From Legionellales bacterium (GTDB lineage: Bacteria > Pseudomonadota > Gammaproteobacteria > Legionellales > Legionellaceae): a DNA stretch of 64,000 bases. The stretch spans positions 2,299 through 66,298 of the forward strand of contig JAGVKL010000024.1 of NCBI GenBank assembly GCA_020050595.1, written 5' to 3'. Both the position numbers and the translations under genes were made by a program. The notes beneath the pieces were generated by a model. That model was given only the letters and a program-made list of their open reading frames with translations, was not told where the DNA came from and searched no databases. Positions 1-8,079 of this stretch are shown here, piece by piece; position 1 is the stretch's first letter; the number at the start of each line of letters is the position of its first letter.

Positions 1-1
1 A

Positions 2-745
2 TTGGTTGCATGCAGTAAGCCTTCGCCCAATACGCTTATTATCGGCACTATTTCAGGGCCTGAAACAGAATTAGTTGATGTGGCGCAAAAAGTAGCGCTT
101 GAGCAATATGGCCTTACTATCAAAATTGTAGAATTTAGCGATTACAATCTCCCTAATGAAGCCTTGCAAGATGGAAGCCTGGATGCCAATGTTTACCAAC
201 ATTTACCCTACTTAAAAGCAGCCATAGCGGCGCATGGTTATCATTTAGAACCGATTGGTAAAACATTTGTTTACCCCACGGGTATTTATTCCGAAAAAGT
301 TACATCGTTAAAACAATTGCCTCATGGTGCAATCATTGCTTTACCCAATGACCCAAGTAATGAAGCGAGGGCTTTACTATTGCTACAAAAAGCAGGCTTA
401 ATCACGCTTAAAGCGACAAAAAATGCTAGCGTGCAAGATATCCTAGCTAATCCTAAAAAGTTCCAATTTAAAGAGTTAGATGCAGCACAACTACCGCGAA
501 TTTTAGATGATGTAGACGCTGCTGTTATTAATACCAATTTTGCTATCCCTGCGGGGCTGAATCCCGCCAGAGATGCATTATTTAAAGAAGATAAGCATTC
601 ACCCTATGCTAATCTCATCGTAGCTCGGGACAATAGTGATAAAAAAGAGCAGTTAGCTTTATTTGTGAAAGCATTAAACTCGCCAGAAGTTAAAAAGAAA
701 GCCCAGGAATTATTTGGCGACGCTGCGATTCCTGCATGGAATTAG
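2..745 (+). CDS. metQ: MetQ/NlpA-family methionine ABC transporter substrate-binding lipoprotein (5' end outside window)
   Basis: The ORF is open at the window edge. The translation follows the NlpA/MetQ pattern (GPETELV, LDANVYQHLPYL, NDPSNEARALLLL, DAAVINTNFA). Confidence 0.85.
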   Translation: MVACSKPSPNTLIIGTISGPETELVDVAQKVALEQYGLTIKIVEFSDYNLPNEALQDGSLDANVYQHLPYLKAAIAAHGYHLEPIGKTFVYPTGIYSEKVTSLKQLPHGAIIALPNDPSNEARALLLLQKAGLITLKATKNASVQDILANPKKFQFKELDAAQLPRILDDVDAAVINTNFAIPAGLNPARDALFKEDKHSPYANLIVARDNSDKKEQLALFVKALNSPEVKKKAQELFGDAAIPAWN

Positions 746-900
746 CTTAATCTGCATCTATTCACCACATTTTGAATCAACATATCTCAATATGTGCCAA
801 ATATGGTTTTTTGGTCAACGTGGTGAATGGTTACCTTAAGCTTTTTATAATATTTAGGTGTTATACTTAAAGTAACTAACAACTTGTATATAGGTGCACT

Positions 901-2343
901 ATGCCTGGATTTAGAAGTGGTTTGCGTGATTATGGGCTTTTGGTAGGTAACTATCTCTTAGGGTTATTAAATAAAAAGCCTTTTATGCACGGCGAAACGG
1001 TGGATAAATTATCTCCTCGGCAAAGGCAAGCGCTTCTTGATGAATATCGCTTGAGTACTGGATTGGGTAAAGCCGAGCTCCCTACGGGGGTAGGCTTTCA
1101 AAAATACATGGATGCGCGTGCATCTTCGATTGACGCCTTTGCAAAAGTAAAAACTCCTGATGGCACTACCCTTGCAGATAAGTTAAAAGCGGCCCCCGCT
1201 GGCGCAGTAACGGCTGTCAAAGATGCGGTTAGTGAGGCTTTAAGACCGACACAAGCGGTGCAGGATGCAAAACAAAAATACATGGATGCGATGAAAGAGT
1301 TAAGCACTGCTCTTGCTAACGATGCCAAAGTCAATGCGCGCGATGTAGAGCGCTACTTATACGAATTAAGAGGAGAGGCTACTAAAGCCATCACAGCTCA
1401 GCATGATGCAGAAAAAACAGCACTTGAGGCTAAATTTAATGATGCTGGTTTTAAAGGGCATATGAAAACAGTCCTCGGTGCAGGAGCAACAGATGCCCAA
1501 GTTGATGAGTTAAAAAAAGAAATGCTTGCTGAACTTGAAAAGTCTCAGAAAGCAGAATTGGAAAAATTCGAGAAGGGTATTAATTACCGCATCAAAAAAA
1601 TCCATGAAGCAGCACAGATAGAAAGGGATCGCGTGAGCTATTTAGCCACGCTGTATACACACAATGAAGACATGCGCAAAGAAATTGAAGCGTTGCATCA
1701 GCAGAATCGTGGTACGGGTGGTGTAAGCGCGAGTTTCACTTTACAAGAACCTAACCGAGCTCTTTTTCACGGCATGGAGATAAAGGATCTTCACACTTTA
1801 CGTACAGTGACTGGGCGCCTTATTGATGTTAAAAAGAACCCCGATGGTTCTTTGTCATCTTTCTCCATGACATTGCCTAATCGGATTTTAAGTTCTAGCT
1901 ATTATAAAAGTGCCCATAATAATGTGAAGGCAGACATGAAGTCCATAACGGATGCTGTCTACGCTACTGGAAAAACCGCTGTAACGGCTAATATTGAACA
2001 TAAAGATCCAGAGCATGCTCTAGAATTAGCAAGAGCAGCTTATGAAGCTGCTTTAGAATCAGGTTTTGATGAAAAGCATATTACCATTAGAGTAAATGGT
2101 CAGGAGAAAAAGGCCGAAGATCTCTTTGCCGATAACCATGGTCTTTTAAGTTCTCTAAAAGAAACAGCTAAAAAACAGCGAGAAGAAAGGGAAAAACCTT
2201 TTGATCCCAAGACTCAAGATGCTGAAAGTAACGATGTAACCTATGCGCGTTTCAAAAAAGCATTAGAAGAAGGCCGCTTAAGCGATGCGACCGCCCAAGA
2301 GCCTCCAATAGTTCCCCCGGCAGGGCCGCATGTTCAGCCGTAG
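901..2343 (+). CDS. Hypothetical 480-aa protein with a coiled-coil/Ala-Lys-Glu-rich middle; orphan, effector-like
   Basis: Long ORF with GGTG 5 nt upstream of the ATG. I recognise no family motif. The central region has low-complexity helical composition and the tail is Pro-rich. Confidence 0.6.
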   Translation: MPGFRSGLRDYGLLVGNYLLGLLNKKPFMHGETVDKLSPRQRQALLDEYRLSTGLGKAELPTGVGFQKYMDARASSIDAFAKVKTPDGTTLADKLKAAPAGAVTAVKDAVSEALRPTQAVQDAKQKYMDAMKELSTALANDAKVNARDVERYLYELRGEATKAITAQHDAEKTALEAKFNDAGFKGHMKTVLGAGATDAQVDELKKEMLAELEKSQKAELEKFEKGINYRIKKIHEAAQIERDRVSYLATLYTHNEDMRKEIEALHQQNRGTGGVSASFTLQEPNRALFHGMEIKDLHTLRTVTGRLIDVKKNPDGSLSSFSMTLPNRILSSSYYKSAHNNVKADMKSITDAVYATGKTAVTANIEHKDPEHALELARAAYEAALESGFDEKHITIRVNGQEKKAEDLFADNHGLLSSLKETAKKQREEREKPFDPKTQDAESNDVTYARFKKALEEGRLSDATAQEPPIVPPAGPHVQP

Positions 2344-2376
2344 TATTGTATATTTTCTACCCCCTCCCCTAACCCA

Positions 2377-2539
2377 GGGCCTACGCATGAAAAGTTAAAT
2401 TGAATCTAGTCAATTCAATCTGGCTTAAAATGCTACGTCCCGCGACTTGTTCGCGGGATCCATAAATTTAGCAAGATCGCTGGATTCCGCGAACAAGTCG
2501 CGGAACGTAGAAGTCAAGCGTTTTTTCATGCGTAGGCCC
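2377..2539. repeat. Nested palindromic intergenic element (outer 17-bp arms, inner ~29-bp arms)
   Basis: GGGCCTACGCATGAAAA (2377-2393) pairs with TTTTCATGCGTAGGCCC (2523-2539). Inner arms GCTACGTCCCGCGACTTGTTCGCGGGATCC and GGATTCCGCGAACAAGTCGCGGAACGTAG are also complementary. CCCTAACCC lies on both flanks. Confidence 0.8.
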
Positions 2540-2605
2540 TGCACCCTAACCCTCTCTGTGTGACCGGCACATAGGATGAGGGTTATAACCACAAAATATC
2601 CCCAA

Positions 2606-3319
2606 TCAGCAACCACGCTCCACTACATACACATCAAAACGCACCGTTTTCCCACTAATGCTGTAATGAGGCGGTAATAGCGCTTTTAATTTTTGCGGCC
2701 ATTTTATCACAACGCGCTCTTTAGCCACCGATAATGCCAACTGCAGTAACTCCAACGCATCGCTATCTGCCCCGATCAATTCCTGCAGGGCCTGCATGTC
2801 TTTTTTTACCAAGGCTGATTTTTGGCGCAAAGGATGCATTGGATCGATGTAAATAACCTCCGGTTTTTCATCACCTAACGCTTGCAAATAATGTTTACTG
2901 TCCTCATTAATGAGTTTTAAATTAGATAACCAGGGCGCTCGCCTTAACCCATCTGCCAATAAGGCAGCCATGATAGGCTCGCGTTCTATCATGACGACCT
3001 CCGCTTGAGCATAAGCCAGCAAGGCAGCGTCTCTTCCCCACCCGGCTGTAGCATCGATGATACGCACCCCCTTTGCCGGTTTACATGCTCTAATTAACGC
3101 TTGCTTTTTACCCACAATACTTCGTCGTTCAATCGCGGGGGCATTAAAATCTACATACAAAGGCGCAAAATCTTTAATGACTAATGCCAATTTATCTGGC
3201 ATTAAAGACAGTCTGGGCACCATGGCATGGTCTACCTTAAGGCCAAGCTTGCTTGCTAATAATGAAGCGGGCTCTTTTAAGGTAGGATCCGTAAAACCGA
3301 TAGCCGTTATTTTATTCAT
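2606..3319 (-). CDS. rsmJ: 16S rRNA m2G1516 methyltransferase RsmJ (SAM-dependent)
   Basis: The translation has the RsmJ/YhiQ pattern (IDATAGWGRDAALLA, VVMIEREP, IYIDPMHP). I moved the start to the ATG at 3319 (MNKITAIGF) to remove the overlap with gmhB. Confidence 0.8.
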   Translation of the reverse strand: MNKITAIGFTDPTLKEPASLLASKLGLKVDHAMVPRLSLMPDKLALVIKDFAPLYVDFNAPAIERRSIVGKKQALIRACKPAKGVRIIDATAGWGRDAALLAYAQAEVVMIEREPIMAALLADGLRRAPWLSNLKLINEDSKHYLQALGDEKPEVIYIDPMHPLRQKSALVKKDMQALQELIGADSDALELLQLALSVAKERVVIKWPQKLKALLPPHYSISGKTVRFDVYVVERGC

Positions 3320-3327
3320 TAAATAGA

Positions 3328-3867
3328 TTATCCCGTTAAAAGGACATTGACGCATTGTGCTAAAGAGTCAAAAACAGGCACATGAGGATAGGCTTTTAAA
3401 GCCTCACGATCAGTCATGGAAGATAAAACAATAAAAGGAATCGCTCCGGTACCTTCAGCTACCTGAATATCCGAAACGCGATCACCTATAAAAGGGACCC
3501 CTTCTAGGGAGCAATTAAAATGTTTTGCAATATCTAATAGCATACCAGGCTGTGGCTTGCGGCACGCACATCCCGCATCAGGCATGTGGGGACAGTATCT
3601 AACAAAATCAATATGGCCGCCTGCTGCTTGTACACTTTTCATCATTTTATCGTGAATGGCGGTTAACTGCTGCTCATCGTAATAACCACGCGCAATCCCT
3701 GATTGATTGGTGGCAACAGCAATGCAATACCCCGCCGCGGTTAATCGAGCGATAGCCTCAGAGCTCCCCGGTATCATGATAAATTCTTCGGGAGATTTTA
3801 TATAAGCTAGTGAATCCTGATTGATAACGCCGTCTCTATCTAAAATAATTAGTTTAGGAGTACGCAA
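3328..3867 (-). CDS. gmhB: D-glycero-beta-D-manno-heptose-1,7-bisphosphate 7-phosphatase
   Basis: HAD motif ILDRDGVIN, Zn-loop C-x-H-x6-C-x-CRKPQPGM, and GDRVSD. Confidence 0.85.
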   Translation of the reverse strand: MRTPKLIILDRDGVINQDSLAYIKSPEEFIMIPGSSEAIARLTAAGYCIAVATNQSGIARGYYDEQQLTAIHDKMMKSVQAAGGHIDFVRYCPHMPDAGCACRKPQPGMLLDIAKHFNCSLEGVPFIGDRVSDIQVAEGTGAIPFIVLSSMTDREALKAYPHVPVFDSLAQCVNVLLTG

Positions 3868-3888
3868 TTTTTAATCCCCTCACCCTAG

Positions 3889-3911
3889 CCCTCTCCCCTG
3901 CGGGGAGAGGG
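3889..3911. repeat. GC-rich hairpin of the CCCTCTCCCC-TGC-GGGGAGAGGG type (REP-like)
   Basis: 10-bp perfect stem with a 3-nt loop. The same hairpin recurs at 39126-39148, and a related one lies inside the IS66-element inverted repeats. Confidence 0.7.
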
Positions 3912-3948
3912 GATTTGCTTCTCGGTCACTCGAAAGTAAGTTAGATAC

Positions 3949-3995
3949 TTTAACCTCCATTCGGCAGTTGAATCTACTACCGAATGGAGGTTAAA
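3949..3995 (-). terminator. 16-bp perfect hairpin straddling the glyS stop codon (possible terminator or RNA-stability element)
   Basis: TTTAACCTCCATTCGG (3949-3964) pairs with CCGAATGGAGGTTAAA (3980-3995) around a 15-nt loop. There is no clear U-tract. Confidence 0.35.
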
Positions 3996-6049
3996 CAAGA
4001 AATATCCGCTACACCTTGCAATAGCTTTTGTAAACGTGCCAATAAGGACAAACGGTTTGTCTTAAGAGCCTTGTCCTCAACCATAATCATCACATGGTCA
4101 AAGAAAGCATTCACCTTTTCATTTAAGCTAGCTAATTGAGTTAAAATAGCACTGTAATCACCTGCGCTATAAAGTGGCGTAACTATTTTCTCTATCGTTT
4201 GCAGCCCTTCAAATAATGCTTTTTCAGCAGGCTCCGCTAGTAAACCCATTTCCACTTGGCTTAGCTCAGCTAAAGACACCTGTTGTAATAAATTACTAAC
4301 CCGCTTACAAGCTCCCGATAAACTTAAAGCTTCAGGCAGTGCAATAAAGGTTAAGAGTGCTTTTACCCGTTTATCCATATCATAAAATCTATCATCCTGC
4401 CGCGCACGAACGGCTTGTACTATTTCGGCCGGGATATCTTGGGCTTGATAATAAGATTGCAATCGCTCTAGGATAAAAGGCTTCAACTCCGCTATATCAT
4501 CATGCTTAGTTAGCACAGAGCCGTAAGCTTTCAATGCCTGATCAATCAACGCTGATAGACTTAAATCAGCTGGTGTTGTTACTAATAAACGAGCAATAGC
4601 TAACGCGTGCCGCCGAAGCTTAAATGGATCTTTTACCCCAGAGGGTTTTTGGCCGATAGCAAAAATACCCACCATGGTGTCTAGTCGGTCAGCTAAAGAT
4701 AAAGCAAGTCCTAATGGTGATTGAGGTAACTCATCTTTAGAGAAACGCGGCATATATTGTTCGTTCAGTGCTTCTGCTACGGCCTCTGACTCTCCATCAT
4801 GGCGCGCATAGTAATACCCCATTAAGCCTTGTAATTCTGGAAACTCACCCACCATGCCTGTCATTAAATCACATTTACTTAATTCGGCGGCACGGGCAGC
4901 ATTTTTTAATTCCAAATGAAGCGGCTTAGCAAGATAATCCATTAACTGCTTGATACGTGATGTTTTGTCTTGCAAACTTCCAAGTTTTGCCTGAAATACA
5001 ACCTGAGCGGTTCGATCGTAATATGCACTTAGCTTTTGTTTCTTATCTTGACGATAAAAAAATGCGGCATCACTCAAACGAGCACGCATCACTTTTTCAT
5101 TACCAGCGATCACGCGCTCTCTATCCAAGCTCACAATATTAGCTACGGTAATAAAATGCGGTACTAAATTACCCTTTTTATCGTTTAGCGCAAAACACTT
5201 TTGATGAGACTGCATGGCCGCGATTAAAACTTCAGGTGGCACCTCTAAAAATTCAGGCTCAAAATTAGCTAATAAAGCTTCTGGCCATTCAACGATCGAT
5301 GTCACTTCATCGAGTAATTCATCGGGCATAATCGCCTGATAACCGTGCTGGCTAGCCAACGCATTGACTTGTTCTACAATCATTTGCCGACGGGTAGCAA
5401 AATTAGCCGCTACAAAAGCATCGCTCAATAAAGACTCATAAATACGCGGTGTTGAAATTTCAATGCTTTTAGGATGATGAAATCGATGCCCTACACTATA
5501 CCGACCGGTATTGACGCCTAATACTTGACAGGGCACAACATCATCACCAAACAATAAAACCGCCCAATGCACCGGCCTAGCAAATTGCGCAGCACCATCT
5601 CCCCAACGCATAGGCTTTGGAATAGGTAAACCATCTAACGCTTCCGTGATCATCCGGGGTAATAAATTTGTGGTTTTTTCTAAAGGTGTTTGTGCCTCAT
5701 AGGCCCACCATTCACCTTTTTCAGTGGCTATTTTAGTGAGTTTATCAATGGAAACATCGCATGATTTTGCAAAACCTAGCAAGGGGGGTAAAGGCTTACC
5801 GGCTGCATCAACCGACGAAGCCACTGCAGGACCGCGTCTTGAAATTTTCTGAGCAGGCTGCTCCTCTTGTACATCGTAAATCAGGATAGCGAGTCGTCTA
5901 GGTGAGGCAAACCGATGAACTTCGCCATGTTGTATACTTGCTTTTGCCAATAAAGTAATGAAGTTATTCGCCAAAGCATCGACTAGGGGCCAAACTACAC
6001 CAGAAGGTAGTTCTTCTGTACCTAGTTCAAATAATAAATCATTGACCAT
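3977..6049 (-). CDS. glyS: Glycine--tRNA ligase beta subunit
   Basis: 690-aa ORF with the typical GlyS N-terminus (LLFELGTEELP). It lies immediately downstream of glyQ. Confidence 0.95.
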   Translation of the reverse strand: MVNDLLFELGTEELPSGVVWPLVDALANNFITLLAKASIQHGEVHRFASPRRLAILIYDVQEEQPAQKISRRGPAVASSVDAAGKPLPPLLGFAKSCDVSIDKLTKIATEKGEWWAYEAQTPLEKTTNLLPRMITEALDGLPIPKPMRWGDGAAQFARPVHWAVLLFGDDVVPCQVLGVNTGRYSVGHRFHHPKSIEISTPRIYESLLSDAFVAANFATRRQMIVEQVNALASQHGYQAIMPDELLDEVTSIVEWPEALLANFEPEFLEVPPEVLIAAMQSHQKCFALNDKKGNLVPHFITVANIVSLDRERVIAGNEKVMRARLSDAAFFYRQDKKQKLSAYYDRTAQVVFQAKLGSLQDKTSRIKQLMDYLAKPLHLELKNAARAAELSKCDLMTGMVGEFPELQGLMGYYYARHDGESEAVAEALNEQYMPRFSKDELPQSPLGLALSLADRLDTMVGIFAIGQKPSGVKDPFKLRRHALAIARLLVTTPADLSLSALIDQALKAYGSVLTKHDDIAELKPFILERLQSYYQAQDIPAEIVQAVRARQDDRFYDMDKRVKALLTFIALPEALSLSGACKRVSNLLQQVSLAELSQVEMGLLAEPAEKALFEGLQTIEKIVTPLYSAGDYSAILTQLASLNEKVNAFFDHVMIMVEDKALKTNRLSLLARLQKLLQGVADISCLTSIR

Positions 6050-6050
6050 C

Positions 6051-6956
6051 TTACATTCTCAAAGAAGGTTTAAGCATAGGAAAACCAAGCGCTTCACGAG
6101 CGTCATAATACGCTTTTGCAACAGCCATAGATAATTGTCGAACACGCAATATGTAGCGCTGCCGCTCGGTTACCGATATAGCATGACGAGCGTCTAATAA
6201 ATTAAATGCATGCGATGCCTTAATAACCATTTCATACGCAGGTAGAGGCAAGTGAAGATCAACTAGTTTTTGCGCTTGTGCTTCAAAATAATTAAATTGA
6301 TGAAATAATGCTTCCACATCAGCATGCTCAAAATTATACGCTGACATTTCTACTTCATTTTGATGAAAAACATCGCCATAAGTCACTATTCCATTGGCTG
6401 TTTTACTCCAAGGAAGTTTAAACATGTTATCAACATTTAAGATATACATGGCAAGACGTTCGAGCCCGTAAGTTAATTCACCAGTTACCGGCTTACAAGA
6501 TAAGCCGCCTACTTGCTGAAAATAAGTGAATTGCGAAATTTCCATACCGTTTTGCCAAACTTCCCACCCTAACCCCCAAGCACCTAACGTCGGCGATTCC
6601 CAATTGTCTTCCACAAAACGAATATCATCGACCAATGGGTCAATCCCTAAAGCGCTTAGTGAATCAAGGTATTTTTCTTGAATATCAATGGGTGAAGGCT
6701 TAAGCACGACTTGAAACTGATAATAATGCTGGCCGCGATTAGGATTTTCGCCATAACGCCCATCCGTAGGACGCCTAGAAGGCTGCACGTAGGCAGCTGA
6801 CCACGGCTCAGGACCTACGGCGCGTAAAAAAGTAGCAGGGTGAAATGTCCCAGCACCTACCTCCATATCCAAAGGCTGCAATAAGACACAACCTTGAGCT
6901 GCCCAAAATTGCTGAAGGGTTAGAATAATATCTTGAAAAGTGCTGGGTCGATTCAT
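6051..6956 (-). CDS. glyQ: Glycine--tRNA ligase alpha subunit
   Basis: Highly conserved GlyQ sequence ([31 protein letters not shown]). Confidence 0.95.
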   Translation of the reverse strand: MNRPSTFQDIILTLQQFWAAQGCVLLQPLDMEVGAGTFHPATFLRAVGPEPWSAAYVQPSRRPTDGRYGENPNRGQHYYQFQVVLKPSPIDIQEKYLDSLSALGIDPLVDDIRFVEDNWESPTLGAWGLGWEVWQNGMEISQFTYFQQVGGLSCKPVTGELTYGLERLAMYILNVDNMFKLPWSKTANGIVTYGDVFHQNEVEMSAYNFEHADVEALFHQFNYFEAQAQKLVDLHLPLPAYEMVIKASHAFNLLDARHAISVTERQRYILRVRQLSMAVAKAYYDAREALGFPMLKPSLRM

Positions 6957-6961
6957 TTTAA

Positions 6962-7765
6962 TTAGCTATTGGAAGCTTTCTTAATTAACTCTTGCAATAC
7001 ATCGACACTAGCAGCCCCTGGGATAAATGCAGGCTCACTCTTCGCATTAAACTGACCTGCAGGTGTTGACGCCACTACAAAAGCAGGAGTACCCATTAAA
7101 TGCATCTTTTCTGCTAATTCGCGGTTCGCTTGTAATTGATTAAGCACTTCCTGGCTTCCCATGTCTTGTTCAAATTTTTGCATGTTCAAACCAATGGATT
7201 TTGCAGTATCCATGATCACTTGGTTGTCTAGGCGTTTGTCAGCCTTAAATAAAGCGTCATGCATTTGTTGATATTTACCCTGCATGCCTGCTGCTAAAGC
7301 AGCTTTGGAAGCCGTTTCTGAGCTCTTGCCAAAAATAGGGAATTCTTTATAAACCACACGCAAATTACTATCTTTTTTAATCAGTTCACCGATCGTAGGT
7401 GCCATTTTTTTGCAGTGAATGCATTGATAATCGAAAAACTCTACTAAAGTCACTTTACCTTTAGGGTTACCGCTTACCGCTGTTTTACCGTCAAATAGCT
7501 GATTTGCGTTTTCCAAAATAGCTGCTTTAGCCTGCTGCTGCATGGTTTGTTGTTGTTTTTGCTGCAATGCTTGAGACGCTTCCACCAATACTTCTGGGTT
7601 ATTGACCAAATAGTCATGAACTACTTTTTCCACTTCCTTTTGCTGCTCAGGTGACATCGTATTAGCTGCCATAATGGCTGGCGATGTCATCGCCGTTGCT
7701 AATGCGCTTATTACTAATAAATTTGTTAATTTCACACCTTTCCCCTTATGAAATATTATAAACAT
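6962..7765 (-). CDS. Periplasmic DsbA-family thiol:disulfide oxidoreductase, Com1-like
   Basis: Signal peptide, Gln-rich linker, and thioredoxin CxxC site [12 protein letters not shown] as in the Coxiella Com1/DsbA-like family. The true start may be the GTG at 7735. Confidence 0.8.
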   Translation of the reverse strand: MFIIFHKGKGVKLTNLLVISALATAMTSPAIMAANTMSPEQQKEVEKVVHDYLVNNPEVLVEASQALQQKQQQTMQQQAKAAILENANQLFDGKTAVSGNPKGKVTLVEFFDYQCIHCKKMAPTIGELIKKDSNLRVVYKEFPIFGKSSETASKAALAAGMQGKYQQMHDALFKADKRLDNQVIMDTAKSIGLNMQKFEQDMGSQEVLNQLQANRELAEKMHLMGTPAFVVASTPAGQFNAKSEPAFIPGAASVDVLQELIKKASNS

Positions 7766-7820
7766 TACTTTTCGTCACCCGAACCCTAGCATCAGTAGCA
7801 GTTAAATTCAAGGGATATCT

Positions 7821-8048
7821 CGAACCACAACCGCAGGAGTCCGAACCACGACCGTCAGGGAGCGGAGAAGTCCCCCAATCCCCGAACCACGACCGCCAGA
7901 AGTCCGAACCACGACCACCAGAAGTCCGAACCGCGACCGTCAGGGAGCGGAGAAGTCCCCCCAATCCCCGAACCACGACCACCAGAAGTCCGAACCGCGA
8001 CCACCAGAAGTCCGAACCGCGACCGTCAGGGAGCGGAAAACTCCCCCC
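7821..8048 (+). repeat. Tandem array A of the CCGAACC-R-C-R-ACC core repeat (about 10 cores; 22-bp short units and ~42-bp long units)
   Basis: Short units read TCCGAACCACGACCACCAGAAG. Long units read CCGAACCGCGACCGTCAGGGAGCGGAGAAGTCCCCCCAATCC. They are arranged as a higher-order repeat (2 short + 1 long). Confidence 0.9.
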
Positions 8049-8079
8049 ATGTTTTGCAGGCCCTACCAAAGATAAGTGT

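Noticed and set aside
780-900. PmrA-like box upstream of the 480-aa gene (TGAAT-N7-TTAAG-N6-TATAAT)
   Set aside because: The half-site period is 12 rather than 11 bp, the first half-site is mismatched in the core, and the spacing to the -10 differs from the better site at 27230-27264. It is too weak to call.
2425-2616. 63-aa ORF on the minus strand
   Set aside because: It lies entirely within the 2377-2539 hairpin element and its flank, so it is a repeat-derived ORF.
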